A stretch of DNA of 61,652 bases, filler included, from Sluysia triapertura (lineage: Eukaryota), in NCBI GenBank assembly GCA_046118255.1. It is 5 parts of 5 records of this genome, joined end to end, with 100 filler letters (N's around TTAATTAATTAA, not from the genome) between each part and the next. Parts side by side here need not be neighbours in the genome. Positions count along the whole stretch, not along the records: positions 1 to 11,243 come from JBJNIA010186891.1; positions 11,344 to 23,929 come from JBJNIA010097218.1; 3 more parts are not named here. One strand, written 5' to 3'. Positions 1 to 13,060 of this stretch are shown here, piece after piece. Positions within the stretch are counted from its first letter, which is position 1. Every line of letters begins with the position of its first letter. A program made the translations under genes and the position numbers. The notes beneath the pieces are model-generated. The model was not told the DNA's origin and searched no databases. It saw nothing but the letters and a program-made list of their open reading frames with translations.

Positions 1-3000
1 GATGATTGTGTAGTGTTTATGGTTAAAAGGTATGGTTGTGATTAAGGTTATTTTAATAAAGTTATTTTTTTAATCTTAAATTATGGGGTTGGCCACTACA
101 AATATTTTAAATATCCCTCGTAGGGTGATATTATAAACTTAATAATAAAAATTACTTTTCATTTTTAATCATTATGGAAATATAAATTGGTGTTGCTTAT
201 GGATCCTTATTACAATATCTTTGAGAGCTCCTTGTATTGAAAATCTCTTTTTTCTAAATTATGAAGTTGTCTCGTCTGCTATTGAATCCTTAATATTGTT
301 TTGTAACTATTATTGTTGTGTTGTATCTAATTAATGCAACTTATATTTATACTAACGCAGGCGAGTCTTGATAATAATTAAAATAATTTTTTCTAAAAAT
401 TAATATTTACCTAAAATAATTAAAATTTAAAAATTAACTTACTAAAAATAATTCTTTTATTGCTAAAAATAATTCCTTTAATTAAAAATAATTTTCTTTA
501 TTAATTTAAAATTACTTCTTAAAAATAAATAATTTATTTTATTTAAACAAATTTATTTTAATTTTATATTTCTTATTTAATTTTTATTTAATTTATAATT
601 TAATTAATTATAGTAATAATAATATTTATAAAATAACATATACATAAAAACATAAATATAAAAAGACATAAATATAAAAACATAGATCAAAACATTTACA
701 TCTTTACATTGTGATTGTGATTTGTTTGTTGAAATATTTGGTAAATGAATGTTGTGTATCATTCGAGGTTAAATGTCAAAATTTGTTATGTTATGGATGA
801 TTAAAATGTTAATTGAATTGTTGATATGTGTTAGTTGATGAGGTGTTGTAAATATCGAATGTTATTTTATGATGTTTGTGTTGATGGAGTTCGATAGTAA
901 AAGTGTGATTATTTTGAAAATTGAATTTGGCTGAAATTTAATTTGTGAATGTCCAATGTGAGATTTTAAATTATGAGTGTTGACCACTACAATTCAAGTA
1001 TAACAAAATAAGTATCACAAAATTTTTTATTTTAATAATGATATTTATTCAACCCAAAAATTACATTCTTAATTTAATTAATAATATTAAGTCAATAATA
1101 TAATAATTACAAAATCAAATTGAGGTCGTTATTATAAATCCCTGTTTGAACAATAACTAATGAAAATAACTAAATTTCAAAGTTAATAAAATTTATGACA
1201 ATATTAAAACCACAAAAATCTATCCAAAGATACCAGAGGTGACGCAGCAAACAACAAAAATTATAATACCAATATCTCAAGAAATTGAAATCAATAATAA
1301 TGATATTTATAACTTATCTAATAACTCTATTCTAATTTAATTGCCGAATAACTGTAAAGTAATTTTGGCATGAAGTCTTCCTAAATTCAATTAAAATCAA
1401 TTTAACAGTAGCTTAATTGAAAAATAATAATTAATCACTTAAAAATTCTACAAAATAACTTGGACGGAGAGTCTTTCAAAAATCAAATAAAATCAATTTA
1501 ATAAAACTTCCCCAAAAAATTATTCAATAATTTTAAAAATAAAAGAATAATAATAAAAAATTAACCATAATCATGAATGTTCCTTTCAAATTTTTTAAGT
1601 ATTCGCTTTTATATCTGTATCGTCCAATCATCACTGTCAAACTCAGAATCAGGAATTACTCTTACTCAAATCAAAGATTAAACAGACTAAAATGACTTTG
1701 ACATTTACATGGTACGACTTGTCAGGCAAAACATAACAATTCGATTAACAATCAACTTTTATTTTTTCTACTGTACTCGATCTATTTTTTGAATCACTTC
1801 TTACGCTAAAATAACAAATATTATTATTGACATATTTTAAAATGATAAATTTAACTTTAGTTTAATTAATTTTCAATACCTTACAATAAATTTTTAATGG
1901 AAAATATTTAAGGTTCTCATACCCAAGCAGACCATTTCACAAACATTTCAACCTCATCCTCAAACTTATCTTCATAGGTTTCCTCATTCAAAAGTTATTC
2001 ACGCAAACACAATTTTTTTAATTAAGTTAATTAAGATTTTAATTATTTATTTATTTATTTTAACTTATTTTATTCTAAGTTTTATTATGGTTATAAAGTT
2101 GTTAAATACTGTAGATGTTTTCACCTTCATCAATGACTCCTTTTTCAACCTTTTTATTTTCAATTATTAATGTATCAAATTTATCTATAATTTTATTAAC
2201 CATGATTTTAATTTTTCAGCATTTTAAAGGTCGCAACATTTTACGAAGTTGATCGAAGGTCTCAAAATTCCTCATAAAGGTTCAAAGGTCTTTGGAAATC
2301 CAAGGTGTTCTTCGGTTTCAAAATGATTATGCTAACTTTTTCTTAGTTTAAGATCAAGAATAAAATTATAGCAAGTCCACCAACGTACTGGACTTACCGG
2401 TTAGAGCTAGCAGTTGGATTTTAGAAGCAATCAAGTATAGGAGGTCAAATGCAAAATTATAATAGAATCAATATTCTCACCAAAATTTTCCTAATTTATT
2501 TATGTAACATATAGTTGAGTATTTTAAAAATGAATCTGTTAAAAAGATTCAGAAATTAAATATTTTACGATGAATCCGTTAAAAGGATTCAAAAAATATA
2601 TAACGTTAATTTTAAATATTTAAATTTGAAAGAAAAATTTTCTAAATCTCACAAAAACATATTATAACAATACAATTATCAGAATTAATTTATAATAACA
2701 AGATTACGAAAATTAACTTTAAATAGTTAATTTACTCAATAAACTAAATTAAAACTATTAAATAGTTCCAGAATTAATTGCAAAAATTCAAAATTTAAGT
2801 TTAATATTACGCGGCACCTGACGGTATTAATCTTAAAGTAATAAACTAACCGTTGTTTAGTTAAATTAAAGAGACCAGTTCCTGATTTTTTCTAAACGTT
2901 AAAAAATTGAAATTGTTTCTGGACTCTTCCAAATGTTAACCTTTTAAAAATTATGTAAACTTTTAGAAAATTTAATAATGTAAATCGTCTTAATATCGTT

Positions 3001-4360
3001 ATCTTAAATACTGTTTTGAACTGACCTTGATGAAATAATTTAATTTAACCAATTTTAATGATTTAATATCTTTACAAAAATCTAAATAATTTAAATTTAA
3101 ATATTAATTTAAATAATTTGCAAAAATCAAATTTCAATAAAATATCTTACATTTAATTATTTAGTTTTGTTTATAATTAAATCTAAAATTTTCAGTTTTA
3201 GAAATAAAAAAATAATCAATTGATAGTTTTTAAATCAAAACAATAATAATACTGCATGACAAGATGAAAACATCTGTCTAAATGTTTACGGTTGAAGAAT
3301 ACCTTGGAGTTCCAAAAACCGATATAATGGAAGCCTGAGATGGGTTTAGAAAACCTTTAAAAGCATTAGGTTACCTTTCAACTTGTTTACCTTTGAGACC
3401 TCAACAAACATTCAAGACCCAAGAGTAATCTTATAAAGTGTCTGAAATTTTAAAGATATTCGCGAAATAAAATTATTGTTGCTAATATTAAAGATAAGTT
3501 TGACACAGTGATAATTAACACAAAGAAAGAAATTAGAAATTATAATTAAAAATGTAATCACCATGTATTTTGAATGTGTTTTAAAGAGTTCCACATCTTT
3601 TTAATTAAAATTATTTTGTGGGAATTCCCTGTTTGTTCACATCGTTTTCGGGAGATTTTGGAATTTGGTAGATTACTAATTTATTACTATTTAGATAAAT
3701 TTAAATGAGAAATGTGATAAAAAATGAATTTACTAAACTATGTAATAATGCTTTCGTATTGTATAAATATAAATTGAGTTTGCAAATTATCTGTAGGATG
3801 CATTTGTCTAGTAGAGCGTTATTGTTTAATAGTGTAAAATTTGAATATTTTATTGAATAAGAATGTGAATTGTTTTGTTGCAAAGGTTGTGAGATGCCGT
3901 TATTAAATAACTAAGCAATGTAATTTCGATTGGGGATTTTTTAATGATGTTATGAGTTATTGTGTATTGATACTGTAATAAAATCAGGGCTGTCTGTTCT
4001 TTTAAACTTAAAATTTAAATTCAAAATTAATTTAGTTGCACTTTCATCATCACTAATAGTGATAATTTACCATTTTTATTCTAACAAAACCATTCTTTCA
4101 GGGCTCTTTACATTCTCCACTTGCTAGTTAAGTATAATGAGTTCTACTCTGTTTTCTGTTTCTGTGTTACTTGTGATTTAAAAACAAAATTACAGAGTCT
4201 TTCGAAAGTACTAAGAATTATCAGATTTACTTTATTTAAGATTATATTTTGATTATTCTCTGAAAATATTCTCCCGACAACATTGTTTGAAAAATAAATA
4301 TAAATACTGTATTTATAATAATATTGAAAAGCAGTGACTATTATAAAACAGATACAAAAA

Positions 4361-6741
4361 TCAATCTGAAATAATTCTATGTATCCATGGATTATTATCG
4401 CTTTCGTCTTTCTGCTCATTAATTTCATTATTATTATTACTATTATTATTATTATTATTACTACTATTATTATTAGACTGATCAATACCTTGATGTATTC
4501 GTTGATTATCTGATGAATAATTCCACATTAGTGCTTGATCAGTTAATTCTGATTCTACTCTTTCTAATTCATTATAGCTTGGCAAATTTGGCGCTTCTTT
4601 TAAAGTTTGATTAACAACAATTTTGTGAGAAATATTACTATTTTTAGTAGTCAGTAATTTGTTCGATTTCGACATACATTTCTTCATATTTCGTTTCTTT
4701 TTAAACTCTTGTTCAATGGTAATATTTGTACGATGCTTTTTTGACGTTTTTGGTTTCCGTAAAAATATTATTGTATACAAAAAATCAATTAATTCGATAA
4801 AAAATGCGAATGTTAAACCGATATACAATGAACACAGTCCACCAATTCGACTAACTAAAGCGTTAAATGTTAATACTAAAAGTTCTTCTTGAATCAAAGT
4901 ATCGTTACTTTGACGTTTTATAGACAAAAATGTGAACCGCTCATTGAAAACCAATTCTTCGTGACTTGGCAGTGAGTCAGTCAATGTACTACGCAGCAGA
5001 TAACTTTCGATTTCTTCAGTAATATTTTTCAATATTGCTCTATCCGACTTATTAACCAATATATTAGCACTGTAACGATATGGTAAAAATATTTGATAGA
5101 AATTTTGCCATTGTTCAGTAATATATCGCAACCAATAAAACTGCCAATCTGTCGTTCTCCATTTAGTAACCGAAGTAGTAACATCGTATCCTAAATCAAC
5201 ACACCGTTCTAGACATGTTAGATTTTGTTTCAATTCTTGCTTATATTTTGCTTGCTTCGAAAATATTTCTTTTATACACGAAATTCGTCTTTTGTAGTCA
5301 CTTAAATTTGTCGGATTAAAACTACCACAGTACGGCAAGTCTTCGTTAGGTACATCAAATCTTGGATAATATGCATAAAAACATTTACATTGATTAACAA
5401 TTAATTTTTGAAGCAGTGAATTGAAACAAAGGTCAAGGTCATAATTGTAAACATTATATAAATCTTTATACTTTATGTTTTTATAATTATTACTACAAGG
5501 TTTTTTAATAGTGTCGACCTTAACATTTAATTTCGATTCAAAACTTAATTCATTTAAACGACCTACTTCAATTTGTATACCCTTACTTTCAATTTGAGGA
5601 TACGATTCAGGTTCATGAACTACGACTCTTAAACCATAAGCTTGATCAAATAAATCTAACACAAAAGCTTGTGTATGATTTTTATATAGCGATTCATCTG
5701 GGCCTAACCAAATAATTAAGCCTAAACTTGAAATTCCATAAAAGTGTTCCGGTGCAGGTTCAACTGTGAAACAATTGAAATATTTTGGATGGGAAAATTT
5801 CTTCACCACTAACATATCGTCCTTACATTGAGAAGCGAATGCCATTTGTTTCTGTTTGTAAATCCACATACAATTACGTAAAATAGAAATATTATGACTG
5901 ATTTGATCACTTATATTCATCGACATGTTTTGGTAATAGTTGGAAATACTATCAGAAAACATTGATAAAACGACAGGATCCATGTAAGATGAAGAAGGAA
6001 CATAACTTGACAGGTTGATGAACTTTCGGAACTCTCTCAGAGCTTCTTTTCGAATTCTGAATATAAAACTTAATATTTTAGTTTTTCTAATGTTCAAAAA
6101 ACTTATAAGATTTTCAAAGCATCTTTTTTATTACTAATACTTCGAATAATACGATTACATTTTTGCATTACGATTATATTTTTTTATAATTAATATCGTT
6201 TTTAAATTTTACAAATCATTACGCAGAAAGACAAAATCATACAATTTTAGCTATTAAATTCTATCTGCATTTTTCAACTAAAGATGCATAATGTTAACTG
6301 ACAAGTGACAAATTGAAAATATAAACTTCCTCTATTTGTAGCAGAATTGCTATATTAAGGGATGTTGGAATTTGTTATAACTATAATAATAATTCAATAA
6401 CCTCTTATTGAATTCAGTTGGGGATGTAACTCTGTTTTCTTCCCATAAATGAAAAGCATTTTCCGAGAATGGTTGATGATTACAAAATGTGACAGCAGGG
6501 AACTTGCTAGTATTATCCAAATTAATATAAGTTTGAATATTAACCAAATATTGTCGATAATCAACAACGACTTTAAATATTGATACAATTAGAAATATGA
6601 TAGTGAAAGTAACAAAACTGATCCATAATAATTTCAGAAAAACTGTTTCTGCTTTAATTATACGACTAAATCCACGTATTGATGTATTAGCGAAAAATGT
6701 ATTTAATATTGCAAGGCATTGCGATGATTGATTTTGTGTGT
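4361..6741 (-). CDS. DEG/ENaC (amiloride-sensitive sodium channel family, FaNaC/ASIC-like) subunit; exons 6741-6402 and 6056-4361, 5' end incomplete
   Basis: Exon 6741-6402 reads FFANTSIRGFSRI, then TM1, then FPAVTFCN. A GT..AG intron (6401-6057) joins it in frame (..PTEFNKR|IRKEALREF..) to the large exon carrying GLRVVVHEPESYP, the Cys-rich thumb (CKCFY, PYCG, CLERC) and TM2 LVSRIGGLCSLYIGLTFAFFIELID. There is no in-frame ATG before an AG acceptor at 6743-6742, so at least one more exon lies upstream. Confidence 0.92.
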
Positions 6742-8149
6742 CTGTGTTTAATTAAAATATATCACGTTGATGAAATTTAAGCAGTAAAACAATAATAAAT
6801 CAATAAATATATTTAATTTATATATTTGATTGTTTTATTTATTAATACATATTGACAATAATTCACCTTTGGGTCGAAATTTATATTTATATAGAATATC
6901 ATAAATATTTTTGTAGTATAATTTTCTCAGATAAGATTTGTCTTAAGGTAAACAATAATGTCTTTAGCTAAATTTTTTCATACCTGTCTGCCCATAGCCA
7001 ATGTAAGCCAGCAAAGTGCTGGGAATAATTGTTATAAAATAAAGATTTTTCAATCTAATTTTAAATGATTATTTATAAATGAGAATAAAGACGAAAAACC
7101 TTATAATCAACAACCAGTAGATTAATTACAAAAGTATTCTTGATGATTAAAACAAATTTCTTTATTATGTACAATTAAAATTATTACAAGATAAAAGAAT
7201 ATCTGTTCAATACTCCCCGTAAGTGTCATAAGAAAACCTAATTGATGTTATACGATGAAAGAAAACGACACACTTCAATCCAAACCCACTAAAAAGTAAC
7301 ATGATTAATCTAAAATTTTACCCAGTGGCGGGCTAAGGTCATGTCCAATGGAGGGGCAAGACCTCGACCTGGCGCGCCCCATATAGAACTATACATTGAC
7401 TATACATTTATTTCTTTTTCTATTTTTCTAGAAGCAATTTTGTTCTGCAACTGGTTTTACTATATACAGTTTGTGGTCCAGATCTTGCATCACAAGTTTA
7501 TCATTATTCAGGTCAATGGAACATTTTCTAAGTGATTTAAAATTCATTTCTGAACGAGGCAATCAAAAAACAAATAATAGTGCTAACCGAAAACTTCAGA
7601 TGACTTAAAATGGCTAAGTATAATAATAGAATTTTTGTAAATATATTTTGATTTTTTATAAATTATTTATATTATTTATATTGCTTGTTAAGTTATTATT
7701 AAGTCATTATTTTTATTTCTTAATAATTTATTTTTATTTGTTTTAATTATTTTTTAAATAATTAAATTTTTATATTTGAATTATATTAAATAAACAACAA
7801 AATAATTTTAAAAAATCAATAAATAAAATATAAGTAAATTTTAAATATAATAAAATAATAATACATAAGATATTAATTTAAAACAATTCTTTCAAATTAT
7901 GTTTAATGAAGATTTATAAATTCAATTTTTGTTTAAATTAATGAATTTGTTTTATTTAATCACAATATTTAAAAATGGAAACAAAAACAATCAATACGGT
8001 GGTTCAAATAATTGTGAAATTTGTACAACCATATTAGACAAAAAAATTAGATTATTCTTCGATGCTAATTCTTGGACTGTAAAATCAAGTATGATTACTT
8101 ACATATTTTAACAGTAGAAAGTTAAAATATGCTTAATTTACTATTAAAA

Positions 8150-8600
8150 TCGCCTCTAAAATCAGAAAGTACTAAGAGAATTAGTTCTCTTAAGCACTAT
8201 TTAACTTAATTATTATTATCATTATTAAGTTGTACCAAATAGTTAACGATTTTTTACTTTTGGGTATTTTAATATATTGTTAGTGTTCATTTAATTCGTT
8301 TCATTCATTTAAATTTTGATCTGTTTGCCAGACCGTAACAAGGCTAGCTTAATTTCTAAATATATATATTATTGTTTTGCTAGACCATAAAAAAACTACC
8401 TGATAGGTCGTAATAAGGCTATCCCAAAATACAATTTTCTTTAATTATATTGCGTATCTGACATAATAGATATTGTAAAAATATTACGTGACTGATTTTA
8501 AAATCTTAATAAGGCGCCATCTTTGTAGTTTTAAGACATGCTTATTAGGCAAACTGACCTCTAGATATTTTGCTAGGATAAATTAAATCTTTTCGTAGAA
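8150..8600 (+). repeat. Dispersed unclassified repeat family A, copy 1 (AGACCGTAATAAGGCTA sub-repeats plus a hairpin module)
   Basis: Motif copies at ~8329, 8382 and 8405. The block AAAATATTACGTGA..TTTAAAATCTTAATAAG..CTTATTAGGC aligns with 14950-15065. Confidence 0.7.
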
Positions 8601-9545
8601 AAATCCAGCATGTTTGTTGGTTTCATACTTCTTAACCCGTTTGGGGAGATCTAACAATAAAATAATTATAATGATAATAATACATAGTAATGATAATTAA
8701 AAAAATAAGTAAATTTTATATAAATATCAAAAATAAAAAAATTTTGTTTTTAGTTAATGAAACAGAACTATTATATTATGAAATCTTTAATATTCATGAA
8801 GTCTATCAAATAGATAAAATTAACAACTACATTTACAATATTGAGGCAGTTAGTCCTAAACTTTCATTTCATATTTGTGTGAAATGAAATAACTTTAAAA
8901 GGTGCCATATCCTAATCTGTATAGAACATTTTAACTAAGAATTAATAAAGATATACTGTTATATTCAAAAATCGATATCATTTAATATTAAACTATTTGT
9001 TTTTATGATGAATAAAATTCCATTTGCAGATACATTGCTGAAAAGTTTATCTATATACTAAGACATTAACCATATAAAAACATATAAACTTCCAGAATAT
9101 ATTAAAGCTCGTCTTATTTTAACAAATTTAATGAAAAATAAATAAAGTGACTGTAATAAACTAAATTCGATCTTGTGTAGTCATACAATAAAATGGTGAA
9201 TCGTCATTTGCTAATATATCAACCATTTACATTTCGGCCCACTTAGATAATAAATACTTAAGAAAACGTATTAAACTTCACACAAATTCTAACAAATTGT
9301 TTTATGTCGATAATGTCAATCACATTTTTTCTTCAAATAACTCTCTCCAGATATGCACTACCTCGTTTTCCTCGTTGTTTCTTCTTTAGTTCAGCATTAT
9401 CTGAAGATCTTCATTTATATTACAATAATTTATTGTTACTATAACTATAAAATATTATTATCAAAAGCATAATTATTGCAACATTTTTTCGTCATTAATA
9501 TTGAAAATATTATTTTTACTTGATTAGTTATATTATATTATATTA

Positions 9546-9599
<54 letters not shown>

Positions 9600-9766
9600 C
9601 AATAGTATTATTAAATTACCACNNNNNNNNNNNNNNNNNNNNNNNNNNNNNNNNNNNNNNNNNNNNNNNNNNNNNNNNNNNNNNNNNNNNNNNNNNNNNN
9701 NNNNNNNNNNNNNNNNNNNNNNNNNNNNNNNNNNNNNNNNNNNNNNNNNNNNNNNNNNNNNNNNNN

Positions 9767-10500
9767 GATCTTTCCAGCAAAATGTTGAATTATAAATTGT
9801 GGTGGATGTTGTCGATTTGGCATTTGAAAATATTCGTTTTTCTTGTGCACGTTGTTACTTTTCCTAACAAAAGATTCATCAGATCCCTGCAATATAATAA
9901 GTGTAAACGTTTTTAATTTTTCCTTGATATTATTAAGTATATTTATTTAAAAAATTAATAAAATTAAATTTTTATTCTTTTCCCAAGTTCTAATTGAAAC
10001 TAATATATCATTAGGTAATATAAGCAAAAAATTGTTATACAAATTAACTTGAAATTTATTTCAAAGATCCGAATATTCGAAGAGATTTGAGAAAAATACA
10101 AGAAAATTATGTGCTAAGTCGTTAGAAACTGCATTTGATAGATTTAGAACACATCAGGTTAAACAAGCAAAATAAAATCAATCTAAAATTGATTATAAAC
10201 ATGAAAATAGTTTTTAAATAAAATATTTTGTTAAACAAATGCAAATAATTAATAAATGTTTTTCTATATTACTTGTGGTATAGCGCATTCATCATTTAAA
10301 ATTTGCATAACTCCTGATGGTTTGCCAGATAGCATATCAATAATAGGTTGATTGTCTGGATATGTGATATAGCTCCAATTAATGCCTTCGTTTTTGTATT
10401 CATTCTGTTCAAGTTCGAATACGTAACGATTGAAAAATTGTTGTAGCGTTTCATTTGCAAAGTTTATGCAGAACTGTTCTAAACTATTTTCGGGAAAATT
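9767..10500 (-). CDS. Unconventional myosin motor domain, two internal exons (10500-10273 and 9886-9767, truncated by an N gap); closest in character to MyTH4-FERM classes such as XV
   Basis: Exon 1: NFPENSLEQFCINFANETLQQFFNRYVFELEQNEYKNEGINWSYITYPDNQPIIDMLSGKPSGVMQILNDECAIPQ (relay-helix region). Exon 2: GSDESFVRK...FIIQHFAGKI. AG/GT boundaries are canonical and phase 0. The class assignment is tentative. Confidence 0.93.
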
Positions 10501-10620
10501 CTTAATAAAATATATATTTTAATTAATTAATTGTAAAATAAAAATACATAACATGTATTTATGGGAAATTTATTTAATTTAGATGATTTTTAATTGCTTT
10601 ATTAATTGTACGAGTTATAT

Positions 10621-10785
10621 CGTAGTGGTAAACATGAAAATACTACGTATTATGAAAAAAAAACGTTTTATGAATTAACTCGTGGCTAGCAACTAAACAC
10701 AAACTTCGACCTACGAGATAACTCGTGTCAATAAAAATTTATGTGCTCCAATAATAACCTAATCTAACAAGTGGATACCTTTACA
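10621..10785 (+). mobile_element. Possible short solo LTR upstream of the first visible myosin exon (probably intronic)
   Basis: Starts (C)GTAGTGGTAAAC, resembling the TGTRGTGG repeat terminus seen elsewhere in the window, contains AATAAA and ends ..TTTACA. Flanks TATAT/TTTAT could be an imperfect 5-bp TSD. Confidence 0.3.
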
Positions 10786-11243
10786 TTTATGATAAACAAA
10801 TATAAAGAAAAAACAAGTTTCTTTTGATTGAAAATATTACTTTATTTTCATAATAGTATATAACTTATTGATAAGATAGATCGACATTTAATTTCATAAG
10901 TTTAAGAGATTAGAAATGTTATTTGTTATCTGGTAAGTTGACACTAAGGAAAAATAAATTGATCTCCTTTTCAAAAACGTCTCAAGAATTCAATCATCTC
11001 TATTGGCAAAGTTTACGAATGAGCTTAACAATAGAAGAAATTAATTCTTGAAGATGTGTCAAAAAATACTCCATAAATACATCAATACATGTTACTATTA
11101 ATTTATAATTATTTAATTATTTTATTTATATTTATAATGGTTTCTTGCCTAAATAAATTATTCTACTTAGTGCAAATAATGTTTATATATATGGAATTAT
11201 TATTATTATTATCATTATTATTATTATTATCATTATTATTATC

Positions 11244-11343
11244 NNNNNNNNNNNNNNNNNNNNNNNNNNNNNNNNNNNNNNNNNNNNTTAATTAATTAAN
11301 NNNNNNNNNNNNNNNNNNNNNNNNNNNNNNNNNNNNNNNNNNN
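11244..11343. other. Artificial scaffold linker (N44-TTAATTAATTAA-N44)
   Basis: Exactly 100 nt with a six-frame stop linker at 11288-11299. Confidence 0.95.
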
Positions 11344-11760
11344 ATGTTTATAATACTTCATCTATTACTTCTCATCAATTCTTCCTTCATTTGTAATTCT
11401 ATATATCTTTTACTCGTCTCCCAATCCAAAGTTGGACAATCTCAATAGTAAGTTATTATATTTGATTTTCAGCCTACGAAATTTTTGTAAATGTTTAAAT
11501 TTGATTTTCAGCCATTTAAAGTAGTTTTGTAATAAATACCCTACGCAATTTATTTTATCAAAATATTAATTATTTCTACTTTAAATATTACTGTTAAGTT
11601 TTAATATAATTAAGTTTTGAGTATTTTGTTGGATTTTTGACTATACTTTCTTGTAAGAATTGATATAATTGATAAAGAAAATAAGAGTGGACTTCGTAGA
11701 GTAAATTAATTTGAAAATATTAAAAGTAAGACTAGGAAAATTAAGCAAAATAAACCAAAT

Positions 11761-12830
11761 ATGGAGCAAACAGTAGAAGATTTAAGAGAATGCATTAAGC
11801 ATCTTTCAGTAAACATGAAACCCGCGGTTATTCTCCAAGAAATGCGTAAGTTCGGTGGAAATGAAGAAGAATTACGCAATTTTCTTTACGAATATGACAG
11901 CGTTGTAGAGGTCAACGGCTGGTCAGAAATAGATAAAATTAAAAGAATCCAAAATTACTTGACAGGCGTTGCTATTCAGACGTATAAAGAAATTGAACCA
12001 CAGAAAAAACAAGATTGGACTACATTTTTAAATGCGTTCACAGAGGAAATTGCTTTAGATGACATAGGTAAATATCATCTTAGAATGTTAAATATTAGGA
12101 AACAAAGAGAAGATGAAACTGTTTACGAATTCGCATGGGAGTTAAAATGTTTAGTAGTAAGAGCTAAAATACCTGACAATAAGAAAGAAGCAACGTTAAT
12201 AGATAAACTTAAGAATGGTTAAAGATTCGAATTACAAGTATTTGTAAGTTTAATAAATCTTAAACCGTTTAAGGAAGTAGTAAAATGCATTAAGGGGTAT
12301 TGAAAAATCACAAAAAGAAACTGAGAAATTACGAAAAGAAAAAGGTAATATAAATTATATAGATAAGGTTAAGACTGTTAGTTTAAGGAGTGAATCACCA
12401 AAACCAAAAAATAAACCTAGAGATTACTTCGAAGATAATGACTTTGAAACAAATAAACCTCAGGAAAATAAAAGAAATTAAACAGCTATGGTTCAAGAAA
12501 CAATTACCAAAATGAAGGAAAAAATTATCAAAATTCAGGAAGAGATTACCAAAATTCAGACAGAAATTATCAAAATACAAGAAGGACTACATAGGATTCG
12601 CCAGAAATTATTCGAACAATGGTTCCAGAGATTACGAGCAATGACCGACTCCCAGATGCCCAGCAACGATGGACAAATAAATAGTTTCGATAGAAATTAA
12701 AAAAAACCCATCTCGATCAAATTATAAAAAAAGAACTAATACCGAGGTAGAAATGATATGCCATAATTGTAATAAATCAGGACACTATGCTCGCAATCAT
12801 AACAAGCTGAAATCCGAAACTCTTAAACAA
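11761..12830 (+). mobile_element. Degenerate Ty3/Gypsy-like retrotransposon gag (capsid, coiled coil, zinc knuckle); no pol follows
   Basis: ORF 11761-12222 has Retrotrans_gag-like motifs (KFGG..EL.NFL..Y....NGW, YLTG.A, W..F..AF, RKQREDETVYEFAWEL). A frameshifted heptad coiled coil follows at 12488-12700, then a CCHC-type knuckle ICHNCNKSGHYARNH at ~12756-12800 with the last Cys changed to His. Confidence 0.85.
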
Positions 12831-12862
12831 AATTTCAATAAAAACAGAGAAAATTCTCCAAG

Positions 12863-13060
12863 AAGATACGTCTTTTAAATCTTTAACTGATACGTCTTTT
12901 AAATCTTTAACTGATACATCTTTTAAATCTTTAACTAATACTATTTTTAAATCTTTAACTAATACATCTTTTAAATCTTTAACTAATACATCTTTTAAAT
13001 CTTTAACTAATACTATTTTTAAATCTTTAACTAATACATCTTTTAACTCTTTAACTTTTT
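12863..13060. repeat. 24-bp tandem repeat, about 8 units (TCTTTTAAATCTTTAACTAATACA); encodes (VKDLKDVL)n on the minus strand
   Basis: Repeat units are directly visible, and minus ORF 12777-13295 stays open through them. Confidence 0.9.

Noticed and set aside
6866-7060. Candidate short upstream exons for the DEG/ENaC gene
   Set aside because: Plausible GT/AG sites exist, but no start codon or homology could be established.
7323-7540. CAGTGGCG hAT-like terminus and a 64-aa ORF
   Set aside because: No matching opposite TIR or transposase motif was found.
9520-9795. ORFs made of poly-Ile/Leu or X (also 4144-4485, 11089-11295, 27818-28113)
   Set aside because: They arise from (ATT)n microsatellites or N gaps, or overlap real genes in another frame.
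12863-13060. CRISPR-like array (also 46480-46636)
   Set aside because: These are head-to-tail repeats with no unique spacers, in a eukaryotic context with no cas genes.
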